Notes under the pieces: generated by a model
Databases searched by the model: none
What the model saw: the letters and a program-made list of their open reading frames with translations, nothing else
Told to the model about the DNA's origin: nothing
Program-made: the position numbers and the translations under genes
Shown: piece after piece, positions 10,372-20,929 of the stretch
Layout: every line of letters begins with the position of its first letter
How positions within the stretch are numbered: the first letter of the stretch is position 1
From: Novakomyces olei
Taxonomy: Eukaryota
DNA: 64,000 nucleotides
Reading direction: 5' to 3'
Assembly (NCBI GenBank): GCA_016906335.1
Contig: JADEYG010000001.1
Location: forward strand, 868,001-932,000

Positions 10372-12882
10372 ATGATCAAACGGCGTTTCGCCGTATGCTG
10401 GCAATGTGGCAGGCTCTACTCTCCGCTCGGCGCAGCACTGCCAAAACGTCAGGACTGGAGTGGGCAACGGTGGTATAGTAGCAAAAATTCTGTACGTATA
10501 ACAAAGAAAGCATTCTCGCGACTGCAAGAGCTCTTGCATAAACTGCAACACGAGGATCGAGATGCTACGCTCCTCAGCGCTGCTCAGCGCGAGGCTGACC
10601 GCACTCCGGCCGCGGAGTACGAGCGGCAATTTTCTGCATTATTAGAACAGTCTCAGCGTCAGCAGCAGCAGCGCTTGAGTATACAACAAGGCAGCAGTAA
10701 GGAAGCAGGAAGTGTCAGTCTGCCGGCCACATTTGCCCGGATTTTAGGTGCGTCAGTTACGTCACTGGACAAGTTTGAATGGGTCTCTGCCTTGAAAGCA
10801 GTGCCCTCCTTCTCTGGGCTCAGTGCGCAAGAGATCGACGGCTTTTTGAGAGCGGCACCGGCCTCAGCAAGGCCGCAATTGGCCCCAGTGGTAATGAGTA
10901 AATTGCGTGACGCTGGGATTGCTCCAACCGCTTTCACTCTCGATCTGTGTATGGACGGGTACGCTCACACTGGTGATATGGCGAGCGTTGCTGCCCTGTT
11001 GGAGGCGCGCAAGTCTTTGCCCCTCTCTGTCCACACCTTTGGGCACTTGCTCAAGGCAGTGGACAGGTGTGAGCCTGGAGCTTTAAAGCTTTTGACTGAG
11101 TCGGACTGCTTTAAATCGCTCTCGACGCGATTGCTGCCTGTTAAAACTGCTCAGCAATTGCCGCAAGCTTCAAGCCGTAGACTGCCTCTGGCTTTTTGCC
11201 TGCTTCGAATGCTGCATGCAGCCAATCTGCCCTTGAACACGACACTGCTGACTACGGTCATGAATATTGCTCTGCAAGACAGGGCGCAGCACGAGGTTCG
11301 AGAGACGTTTGCCCTAATGAAGCTGCGCGGCGGGGATACTGCACCGGACACGACTGCTTACAATGTGGCCATTGCTGCCTGTGTCCTTGACGGCGATGCT
11401 GAACGAGCTCTGGACTTGCTGCAGGAGCTTAAAGACACCAAACTGGCCCCTGATGCTTCCACTTATGCGGCTGCCATTTCTGCCTGTGCAAGACGGCCCC
11501 GGGAGTACGTTCATACTGCGTGGCAATTGGCCCGTGAAGCTCGGCTTGCTGGTCTGGAAAATGGGGATTTAGCTACTGCACTACTACGCATCTGTGCTTA
11601 TAGTGGCGATGTTGAGCGAGCACGAATGCTGGTGCGACTAATTATTGAGAAATGGGGATTGTCAGAGACAGTTGTGCAATTAATGCTGCGCTCGTATTCA
11701 ACAAGCTCTGCCGTTTTCAAATCTGGGCGTAAAGAAAACCCTGGATTATTAGAGACCCAAGACGGACAGGCTTCGCCTTTTATCGTTCGCCGTATTGTCT
11801 CTGCCGTGGATGTGTGCAATGACGCAATGCATTTCTGGCGCTACGTCAATGCCCACAGCGGGTACGGTCGTAGTGGACACGCTCAGAGCACTTTGGTCTC
11901 TGTTTATTGCAATGCAGTAGCTCACGGGGCTTTCAGTGTCGATACACTGAAACAAGTGTTTAACGAAATTTATCCTAGTGCATTGGAGCAGAACGAGCCC
12001 TTCCTTTGTCGTAATAGAGGCGGCGATGATGGTATAATGGGGTCTTTTAGTCAGCCCGGATTCTACAGTCTGATTCAAGTATTTGACGCTTTATACACGC
12101 GTTCCGGCAAGGACAGTTCTGCCATGAGTCCGGCTATTGCTGGATGGTTCTGGGCCTATGTGCGAGAGAGCTTGCTGCCTCTATTGCAGATGGGAAATAG
12201 AGAAGGCAGTGTCCAGTATACTGAGGCTTCTGTGGGGGGTAAAGATATTGGAGGGGTGGGTAGTACTAAAGATGGGGATCGTTTCAAAGAGGAGGGCAAA
12301 CGCCAAAATCCAGAGCCGGAGAGCACTGAAGAAATGGCAGCAAATATAGAAAAGCAAAGCCAGTCGCACACCGGCAAACCCTCTCCAGCCAAGTCTCGCA
12401 GGCAAGAAAAACTGGTACAAAGTGTCCATAAGATTGTGAACCTCTATGCAAATGCTTTGGCCCGTGTCGGAGAACTCGATGCAGCTTCAGATTTAGCTCT
12501 AGCTTTTAGTCTGCGCGATCGTGAAGGCACTGAAAGCAATGCACAAATAGCGACCGAATGGCAAATAGAAATGGGACTGGCACCGTCTATTTTAGCACGG
12601 ATACCGCAAGAATGCCTGTTTGAATGGAAGCGAGGCGATTTGGATGTGTTGAGGCTGCATTCTATGCGACATGGCCACGAACGGGCTTTTAGCATTGCAA
12701 TGGCTTTGTTACCAGAGAGAGAAAATGTCGATAAGCATGATCGTGTGAACAGACTGGCGAGGAAGCCGGAAAAGACGCACAAGCGTACACGGGAAAGCAA
12801 AAGTAAACGCCCACAGAAAGGCAAGTCGTCAGCAGTGGCTGCCTACAAGTTTGACCCAAACAGTCTGGTCGCCAGACTGTAA
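10372..12882 (+). CDS. Mitochondrial PPR protein, Ccm1/Dmr1(Ppr3)-like, 836 aa
   Basis: Presequence-like N-terminus (RWYSS); tandem PPR repeats PDTTAYNVAIAAC...ERALDLLQELK...PDASTYAAAISACARR. Confidence 0.82.
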   Translation: MIKRRFAVCWQCGRLYSPLGAALPKRQDWSGQRWYSSKNSVRITKKAFSRLQELLHKLQHEDRDATLLSAAQREADRTPAAEYERQFSALLEQSQRQQQQRLSIQQGSSKEAGSVSLPATFARILGASVTSLDKFEWVSALKAVPSFSGLSAQEIDGFLRAAPASARPQLAPVVMSKLRDAGIAPTAFTLDLCMDGYAHTGDMASVAALLEARKSLPLSVHTFGHLLKAVDRCEPGALKLLTESDCFKSLSTRLLPVKTAQQLPQASSRRLPLAFCLLRMLHAANLPLNTTLLTTVMNIALQDRAQHEVRETFALMKLRGGDTAPDTTAYNVAIAACVLDGDAERALDLLQELKDTKLAPDASTYAAAISACARRPREYVHTAWQLAREARLAGLENGDLATALLRICAYSGDVERARMLVRLIIEKWGLSETVVQLMLRSYSTSSAVFKSGRKENPGLLETQDGQASPFIVRRIVSAVDVCNDAMHFWRYVNAHSGYGRSGHAQSTLVSVYCNAVAHGAFSVDTLKQVFNEIYPSALEQNEPFLCRNRGGDDGIMGSFSQPGFYSLIQVFDALYTRSGKDSSAMSPAIAGWFWAYVRESLLPLLQMGNREGSVQYTEASVGGKDIGGVGSTKDGDRFKEEGKRQNPEPESTEEMAANIEKQSQSHTGKPSPAKSRRQEKLVQSVHKIVNLYANALARVGELDAASDLALAFSLRDREGTESNAQIATEWQIEMGLAPSILARIPQECLFEWKRGDLDVLRLHSMRHGHERAFSIAMALLPERENVDKHDRVNRLARKPEKTHKRTRESKSKRPQKGKSSAVAAYKFDPNSLVARL

Positions 12883-13501
12883 TCTGTAGTACTACATTAG
12901 TTGCTGGAAGCAATTAAAAGGGATTTAAAGGCGCGTTGGGTTTATTAGTAATTTTTGAAGCATTTCGAATACACTCAAAATTGTAATGGTTTCTAACGGT
13001 GTTGTTTAGATATGCATAAATATGATTAATTAGAACGATAGCAGTCAGTCGAGAATCGTTGGGCCTTATCCAACGACCCAATCTTGAATTTCTATAGTTT
13101 GTAATCTCTATCATTTGCAGTCTATCATTTGTATATCGTTTCCCTGCAAACAGTCAGGATAACGCTACCGGCTCTTGCTCTTATGCTAGCTATAGACTCA
13201 CTCTAAGAATGAAAATGCACGAGTATTCAAACAATTGAAATTGATTGCTCATCAACGAATGGTTGAAACTGTTGAAAAGAGGCTACAAGGCCCACAGAGT
13301 GCAGTAGCAAAGTACTGCGCAGCGAGATGCCGCAGTAAGGCACATCACGTTACAAGTGATGCAGCTGAGCAGGAAAGGACAGAGTCGTGTCCGGCAGTGT
13401 AGCGAGAGACTGAACTCACCAGTGGACGGTACGAGACGAATATTGAGACGACAAGAATATAGTAAAAAGCCCAAAATGTTCAGTAGCGTTGACCATAATC
13501 C

Positions 13502-14099
13502 TCAATTTGCTCCGCCAAGCTCAACCACTTTAATCTCGTCAGCTTCAATTACGGCTTCAATAGGAGGCAGAGTGTACGAACGGCGCTCTTCGTCCACGGC
13601 CGCTACCTTTGCGGCCGCTGAACGTGGCTGGGCGACTACCGCCTGTGCCACTCGCAAAACGCCCGGTGTCGGGTGAGGCGCTGCGACCGAGTCGTACAGC
13701 GGACCATAATTGTGCACAGACTGAGCGGCGCCTTCATCAAAACTCTTGCTGATTGACGCGTACAGTGGTCCAGTGTTTTTGACCGAAGCGCCTAAGGTTA
13801 GATGCTTATTGTGAAAGGCGCTTATTATGACGAGACAAACAGTCATATGGCTTTTTGCACTGCGCATAGAAACAGGACGGAAGCATTGCCACACATTTCA
13901 CCGTTAGAGTTATCAAGCTCGGAAAATAATGTGGCAATGGTCCCTTTAAAATAGGCCAAGTGTCGGCCAAAAAAAAAAAAAAGGAAAAATAAAAAGAAAA
14001 AAAAAAAGAAAAAAAATTACTAGTAAAGCATGGAAAAGAAAAGGAAAAAGTTTTCATACTAATTCTTCGCAGAGACAGAGCAGCCCTCGTCAGCTGCAT
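13502..14099 (-). CDS. Kgd4/Ymr31 (MRPS36)-like small mitochondrial protein, 109 aa, 2 exons
   Basis: Exon 14099-14060 (MQLTRAALSLRRI), intron 14059-13792 (GTATGA...CTAACctTAG), exon 13791-13502. Phases match. Contains a YGPL motif and ends EIKVVELGGAN. Confidence 0.62.
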
Positions 14100-16098
14100 T
14101 GTTCGAGTGGACTATTAATTTATTGCTGGTTTGATCAAGAAGCGCTGTAAAAATTTTGCCTCGTCTTACTTTCTCGATTGTGCGGAAACAATATGGGCGG
14201 GTGTCCCCTTTTTATCTCGAGTCTGGGGAATCGTCTGATGCATGTGACGCTTAATAATTCAAGGGTATGGTTTACCTCACGTGTTTGTTTCCTGAAATCT
14301 ATTTCTTTTGCAATTTTCTCACAAATTTTCGGCGATATTAGTAATACTTATCAGGAGCGCGCGTTGCTAGCCCCATTTGGCACTGCCAAATCAATCGGCG
14401 CTCATATGTCAGATGAGTATAGTGAAAATTATTATTTTTTATTCCAGCACTACGCTGTAATTAGGGTTAGGGTGAGGCTACGGTTATGACACTTCACGTT
14501 GCGCTTGCGCTAAACACGAATATTTCACTATAATTGAAGTGTGAATCGTTGCTGGATACACGCTATGCACGTTAATCCTGTAGCCGCTCGGAATTTTGAC
14601 ATTTGCTCCATCAAGTTTAAAAGACAGCAACTGCCCACACTGCTCTTCTCCAAGTGATGTAATATATTCATAACTATCCATACGCGAACCATGCCCACGA
14701 GTAAATAGGGCACTTGTGTACCTGTTACCGAGCCAAAACACTAGCAATTAACCGCGTTCCACCATATACCCGTTTGCCGAAAAGCAAATCGGCAACTGGG
14801 TATATTACCCAGTCAAAGGGCCTCCTCATGTAGCTTAACTGTATTACCGTCGGTTAATGTGATGCGTGTGCAAGGTACTTCTTGTACGACTATATGAAAC
14901 GTGTCGGCTTTGCTGGCCCAGCACCTTTTTTTTTTTTTTTTCTTAGTGTGAAATGGTCGAGTGTACGGATGACGCTTCGCATACTAATGATACAGCACAA
15001 AGTGGAATGGCCTACGAATTGAAGCAGGTCGTACGCTACAAGAAGGCCAGAAGCATGGAACCCAGTGCTCATCGAATCTAGAAGGGCAATTTCACTATAT
15101 CGGCTATCGAAACACTGAGCAGGCGGACAATAACCCTAAGCTTTATCTATGACTTTTTCGACAAAACGCCTATCATTTTTTTCGCGGGAATAAATTTTAT
15201 GGGTTGATTACTGTGCTCCGGCCTTACTCAAGTTCCGATCACAGGGTTAGGGTTAGTTATATTAAGATTGCTTGCAAGCCGCAGGTGTTTGCTGGATAAT
15301 TGACTCAAGTAATGCGAGCGCTGATCAGTGTATAATAAAAAAATAATATACGCGACACGAGCACGCAAGATTGCGCTATGGCGACACTTCCCCGTAAACG
15401 GCAGAGGCGCACTGTGAATCGGCAAAAGAAGCAGTTTTCATACCCTTTTGGCATTAATGTGCAGGAGAAAAAGTCGACAGGAGAGCATTCGAGTTTGAAA
15501 ACTTGTACTCTTTCAAAGTACTGTAAATTTTTTGACGTGGTCAAGTAGCGGCAGCGCTTTACTGCTGATCTCTGTCGCCTGATAAGAGCAGGTTTGCGCA
15601 GACAACCTTTATTGCACATTGTTCGCAGGGCCAATTGGGCAAACTTTTTGAGATTGGTTAGAGTGTTTGGGGAATTGCAGTCTACGCATTACAGTCTACA
15701 AATTGCAGTCTTACAAATTGCAGTCTTACAAATTGCAGTCACGAATCAAGAAATATACAGTCATTCTGTACTGTTGAACCTTTGTATAGCTGATTGACGG
15801 TCGAACGTGTGCAGACGGACGCGAAACCCTCGTCGGTTTCGTGAGACTTTTGTTGGAATACTAATAAAAGGTTGGGAAAACAATTGCTTTCGGCTTGCGA
15901 GCACCGGTATACCAGTCAGCCTTGGACTGGTTTGCTCCGGCAGTTAGAGCCGTGTAGCATTTATTGTATATACACTGGAGCTCCATTGGCGCTGTATCAG
16001 CGGCAGTTTCCTCTATCAGTTTCAGCTTTGAATGATCGCCACTGTTATGCTTGAAACACTGCCGAGTCCACACCACTCTCAGTGTTTACACTGATTCC

Positions 16099-16809
16099 AT
16101 GCACGATTTGCCACGGGCATCGGCGATCGCCGGGCCGCTTAATAATGGCTTTGCCGGGTCAGAAGGACAAGAGGCCGGCAAAGAAGGCGGCACGCACACC
16201 CACAGGCCGAGTCAGAGTCCGGGCGAGGAGACAGAGCCTGTACTGCTGCCTCCCTCGCGGCAATTATTTGGCTGTGAGGCCGATTACAGTGGCAGCAGTG
16301 GCACCACGGCCAGTACTGGCGCAGCAGAAATGTACGATGGCCATAGCCCAAGGTTCAGGATCGAGGCACAAGAGCCGGGAGTGGACGAAGCCTTTGCCCT
16401 GGCTGCTGCGGCAGCTCCAGTCTGGCCGTCTGCTCAGCCAAATTTTCACGTTCACCATCCTCTCTTGACCAACGCTTCTCCTTTTAATGCCCAATCCCAC
16501 CAGTTTTCGGGGACGGCAGGCGAGCCTTTCATCCCACCTCAACAGCCTCAGTCTATCGACTCGGCTGCCAGTGAGGATACATTCGCTGCCGCAGCGACTC
16601 CGGCAGACAGCGAGGATAAACGGCGACGCAATTCTGAAGCAAGTGCCCGGTTTAGGCAAAAGAAAAAGGAGCGCGAGCATGTGCTGACGACACAGGCTCA
16701 TGCTATGCGGTCCCGAGTACAGGCTCTTGAGCAAAAGGCGGCCTCTCTGTCGTATGAGAACGAGTTTTTACGGAAACTGTGGGGCTCGTTTCGGAACAAG
16801 AACAAGTGA
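16099..16809 (+). CDS. bZIP transcription factor, MetR/Cys-3/Zip1 type
   Basis: Basic region EDKRRRNSEASARFRQKKKERE plus leucine zipper ending ENEFLRKL; first in-frame ATG at 16099. Confidence 0.85.
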   Translation: MHDLPRASAIAGPLNNGFAGSEGQEAGKEGGTHTHRPSQSPGEETEPVLLPPSRQLFGCEADYSGSSGTTASTGAAEMYDGHSPRFRIEAQEPGVDEAFALAAAAAPVWPSAQPNFHVHHPLLTNASPFNAQSHQFSGTAGEPFIPPQQPQSIDSAASEDTFAAAATPADSEDKRRRNSEASARFRQKKKEREHVLTTQAHAMRSRVQALEQKAASLSYENEFLRKLWGSFRNKNK

Positions 16810-16889
16810 GAACAAGAACAAGTGGGAACTAGAACAAATGAGAACTAGAACAAGTGAGAACAAGAACAAGTGAGAACAAGAACAAGTGA
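16794..16889 (+). repeat. About 16-bp repeat GAACAAGAACAAGTGA, about 6 degenerate copies overlapping the bZIP stop
   Basis: Directly visible. Confidence 0.9.
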
Positions 16890-17185
16890 GGCTCGAGGAT
16901 TATGTTTAAAGACTATTTCTTTAGAATTTTAGTGATTTGGAAAGCGCGAGCGTAAAGCACGTTTGTTTTGGGGCGCGTTTGTGTTTGTGTGCTCTTTTGT
17001 ATTTTTCTGCACTTTTGTATTTTTCTGCACTTTTCCAGTACACTTTGTCCATACTTGCAAAGAAATGCTTTTGTTGCTTAACAACAATGCTTTAGCATTG
17101 TATTATACACGTGTTTTATAATGGTGGGAAGCATTACACTACTACTGGTCCATCGCGCTATAGAGCATGGTCATTGTAAGGGCAC

Positions 17186-17361
17186 ATGTGTAGTAAATGT
17201 GTAATTGTAGTAAATGTGTAATTGTAGTAAATGTGTAAATGTAGTAAACGTGTAAACGTAGTAAACGTAGTAAACGTAGTAAACGTAGTAAACGTAGTAA
17301 ACGTAGTAAACGTAGTAAACGTAGTAAACGTAGTAAACGTAGTAAACGTAACTGTAGTAAA
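17186..17361. repeat. 9-bp minisatellite GTAGTAAAC with degenerate GTAGTAAAT/GTGTAATT units on the left
   Basis: Directly visible; explains the VNV and TTF ORFs. Confidence 0.95.
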
Positions 17362-17602
17362 CTCCTCCGTCATATTAAATGCATCAATAAATTATAGAGG
17401 AGAATCCCGGGACCGATCTTGTTACACGCGCGTACCAAACAATCCAATGATAAGCGCCAAACTCGTCCATTCGATCCATCCAGCAATTATTATGAAAAAC
17501 AAACTAGACTGAACTACAAACCCAGGAAACAAAGTAGGCAAACAACCCATTAAACTCGGTACAATAATGTGGCACTCAAACTACCCCCGCCAGTACTCAA
17601 AC

Positions 17603-20356
17603 TCAACCAGCAGCCCCATCTAGAATCGTATCGTAAACTCCACCATAGATATCGCAGTTTACACGGACGATATTAGCGGCCCTTTGCACGGCCTCATCAA
17701 ACTCGGCAGCAAAAGCGGCAATGCCGAGAGCAGAGAGGGAGCTTACACTATCCACCTGTTCCTGATCCTTATTATTACCAGACTGACGAGCAGACAACTC
17801 CCTCCTCAGCAAAGAGCCCAGCCCTTTCCAAATCAGCAGATATACACTATCCCGGCGGGAAAGAACGCGTTCTACCCACACTCCCAATCGCGACTCGGAG
17901 CCGCACTGCAATTGCAGTTCTGCTTCAATAGCAGACGCGTTGAGCGGCGGCTTTTGCTCAAAGAGTATGCGCAGTCTCGCTTTAAGAGCAGCAGGAGCAC
18001 GTATCTGCCGCTCGTTCAAGTGCAAAAGTAATGCTCCTCCTCGAGCAATATCATCAAGCTGCCTTCTCACATCCACAATATGCACTGCATCGAGTGCCAA
18101 AGTCTCGGGGAAGGGTGTCGACTCTGCCACGGACAGTTCCATTATCAATTGAGCAATTGCGGCTCCGATAAACGACCGGCGACCAGACCCGTTTACGGAC
18201 GGCTCTGCTCTCCGCAGCCACGCCCGTGTTGCTTCCAGTCCGGCTCTGCCACTGGCCAAGTCTTGCTGGAAATGCCTCTGCTCGTACTCTTTAGACTCGT
18301 GCAATAGAAGGGGTAGGGAGAGAGCGAGACGCGTATTGGCCGCGTCTGCGCTCAGCACTTGGCACACGTACACTAACCGTTTCACACTCTGCACGAATGC
18401 CGAGGCAGAAGCAGAAGCAGAGGAAAAGGCAGAGTCCTGAGCTGGAATAATAGAGGCAACAAGGCTGTCTCGGGCAGGAGCACACAGGTTTTGCAAAAGG
18501 CCGACGGCTGTCTCCAGCAACAGCCTTGCTCCAGTATTGCCCTGTGCCCAAAAGCCAGGGCTAGATGCCTTTGGCAAAATTTGGGCACTTGCCCCCTCAA
18601 AGCCCTTCACCACCATTTCTCGTGACCTCGAGTCGGGCGGACAGAGCCGCAGGACACTGTCACGAACAACAGAGTATATAGACTGCATCGCTAAAGGACC
18701 TTTGTCTTGCAAAGCCCGCTCTTGAGCTGAAGCCCACGCTTCGAGAAAGGCTCTGTCCTGCTCACCCTCTACTTCGTCCTCAATCCGTGCTGTGATTCGC
18801 CGGCCTGGATCAAGAACAAGATCGTGCATAAACTGCCGATCACGGACTCGCTCGTCCAGTGGCCATTGGCCGTCTACACTGGCGTCGCCTGCGTCCTGGT
18901 ACACACGATCAGCACTGTTACTACTGCCAGAAGGCTCTCTCGCCTCCTGCCTCTTGGCCTCCTGCAGTCTTGCCCGCACAAGGGTTTTGCTTTCCACACT
19001 GCCTACCAGCCGCTTTACTTGTATATAGAGCATAGTTTGGTTATGGCGCAGTCCCGCTTGGTACTGTGCCCTTTTATCCTCGTCCGGCTCCTTGTTCAAG
19101 TCGCGAATGGCCCAATGAAGAGCCATAAACTGCTGCAGCAGCGCATCAACCAGACTCTGAGTGTCTTGCGCTTTCCATCGATCAAATTTAGCACTATAGT
19201 CCTTCCACGCAGATGTAAGAGCGTGGCCCAGCGCTTCTACCGGTGCCGATTCACTGTCCAGGCTCTGTGCCGAGGCTTTTTCGCTCAGCAATTGGGCCAT
19301 AAAGTCGGCCTGCCTATCAGCATTAACACAGAGTTTACTACTCTTGCTTTTAAATTGCGTTAAAATTCGGGTCGTTGCCCTGTGCAATAGAGAGGCAGAC
19401 TCTTGCAGTTCACAGACATGCTCGTCCTGAGCCTGTGGCCCATCGCGGATCCCCATTCCCGAGAACAAGAACTCTTGCGGGTGGGCGAGTACAAGGTACT
19501 GGCTCAAAAACACACGGGCCTCCCTTCGAGCTGCCTGCAACTGAGCCTTGCTGCGTGAATACTCTTTACTGCCAGGAGAATCAACAAGGCCCAGACTAGA
19601 GCAGAATCGAATAGTCGCAGATATAAGCGCAGGCTGTTGCATTCGCTCAGCCATTTCATCAAACGGCATCCGTTTCAGCTCCTCTACTGAAACAGCCAAA
19701 TCGCTAAACTGCCTTAGGTACATTACCGGCGCATAGCGTCGCCAGCACCGCTGGATAGTAAGGGCAGCAGCGGATCTAGTGGCAAGATCTGCTGGCACAG
19801 CAATCCCAGATTTATGCGACAGAATCTGCTGTCCACCCCCTCCCTTGCCACTCGCGACAGAACGGTCAGGAGAGCGGCTGGCTCTTCGTTTACGCTGCTG
19901 CTGACGATGCTGAAGGGTCTCTTCCCGCCTCTGCTGCGCCTGTAAAAGCCTCTCTTCCAGAGCTCTTTGTCTCTGCTGAGACTCTTGCACACGCTTCGAC
20001 CGCTGAGCACGAGCGACTGACTTTGCATGGTCCACATGAGCCTTGCACTCGGAGCTAGTGCGAGCAAGAATCGCCTCTCGGGCGGCCTCTGCGTTCTCAA
20101 GCGCCTGTGCCGCTGACTCTAGCCGAGCGGCTAAATGATCTTGGCTGAAATAAAAGAGCCGTCTCTGAAACGGAAGGTAGCCTTCCGATCGGAACTGTGA
20201 AAGAGAAAGACGGGCGGATCGGCAAGTAGTGCCACGCGCTGGCGAATTCTGTGGCGACGTCTCCGCCGAAGAAACGGCCGACTCTGACAGCGAGTAAGCC
20301 GAGGCAGATTCGCCGGGCAGATCGGCCTGGTCCAGACCGCAGTTTCCGGCCTCCAT
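17603..20356 (-). CDS. T-complex 11 (TCP11/Sok1) family protein with IQ motif, 917 aa
   Basis: IQ-like AALTIQRCWRRY; RVFLSQYLVLAHP, FDRWKAQD, LCAPARD, FPETLALD; N-terminal coiled coil. Confidence 0.82.
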   Translation of the reverse strand: MEAGNCGLDQADLPGESASAYSLSESAVSSAETSPQNSPARGTTCRSARLSLSQFRSEGYLPFQRRLFYFSQDHLAARLESAAQALENAEAAREAILARTSSECKAHVDHAKSVARAQRSKRVQESQQRQRALEERLLQAQQRREETLQHRQQQRKRRASRSPDRSVASGKGGGGQQILSHKSGIAVPADLATRSAAALTIQRCWRRYAPVMYLRQFSDLAVSVEELKRMPFDEMAERMQQPALISATIRFCSSLGLVDSPGSKEYSRSKAQLQAARREARVFLSQYLVLAHPQEFLFSGMGIRDGPQAQDEHVCELQESASLLHRATTRILTQFKSKSSKLCVNADRQADFMAQLLSEKASAQSLDSESAPVEALGHALTSAWKDYSAKFDRWKAQDTQSLVDALLQQFMALHWAIRDLNKEPDEDKRAQYQAGLRHNQTMLYIQVKRLVGSVESKTLVRARLQEAKRQEAREPSGSSNSADRVYQDAGDASVDGQWPLDERVRDRQFMHDLVLDPGRRITARIEDEVEGEQDRAFLEAWASAQERALQDKGPLAMQSIYSVVRDSVLRLCPPDSRSREMVVKGFEGASAQILPKASSPGFWAQGNTGARLLLETAVGLLQNLCAPARDSLVASIIPAQDSAFSSASASASAFVQSVKRLVYVCQVLSADAANTRLALSLPLLLHESKEYEQRHFQQDLASGRAGLEATRAWLRRAEPSVNGSGRRSFIGAAIAQLIMELSVAESTPFPETLALDAVHIVDVRRQLDDIARGGALLLHLNERQIRAPAALKARLRILFEQKPPLNASAIEAELQLQCGSESRLGVWVERVLSRRDSVYLLIWKGLGSLLRRELSARQSGNNKDQEQVDSVSSLSALGIAAFAAEFDEAVQRAANIVRVNCDIYGGVYDTILDGAAG

Positions 20357-20929
20357 GCAGAACGGACGTTAGTAGACAGTTATAATTAGAGCCAAAGGCG
20401 TTCTCCGCTGATCGCCGTAAGCGACGCTGCTGATTCTGGCAAGTCGCAACCCAACTCGGCGGCAAGAGCAGTCAAGAGCAACGGTCCGACTAAACCCGGC
20501 TGACTAATTTGGCTGACTAATTTGGCTGGCAAACTCGGCTACTGATCAAAGCTTCTCCTATCAAACGGCAAACGGGTCTCTAACCATTGCCGGCCAACCG
20601 ATCTCGCTGGATAAACCTTCAGCCCTCAATATTCAGGGTAACGCTGACTCAAAACTGCCGCCAAATCGGCATTGGCACATGGTTGCTCGCGGCTAAAGAG
20701 TTAAAATAGTAAATCTGGGGTTTGCGTCATGTGCAGTTTATATTTCGCGCAAGGGAGGCTGGTAATATGAGCAAATGATAATGCGATTATTGATAACGGG
20801 TCTCGCAATTCTGCGCTTTTATCCCTTTAATGTTACTTGTAGATACTATTAGTAATGTCTATATGTTCTAATGGTGACCGTAGAAATTGACACAATAACA
20901 GTATTAGTACATTTGTAATACAATATTAA

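Noticed and set aside
14484..14747. 87-aa minus-strand ORF in the large gap
   Set aside because: Non-ATG start in the track and no recognisable homology; not excluded but unsupported
15225..15300. CCGATCAC (5S-like) and CTGGATAAT (TPP riboswitch-like) words
   Set aside because: Flanking conserved elements of 5S rRNA and of the TPP aptamer are absent
16794..17512. Repeat arrays as CRISPR, or as repeat-peptide ORFs
   Set aside because: Head-to-tail units with no unique spacers, eukaryotic context and no cas genes; the ORFs are repeat artefacts
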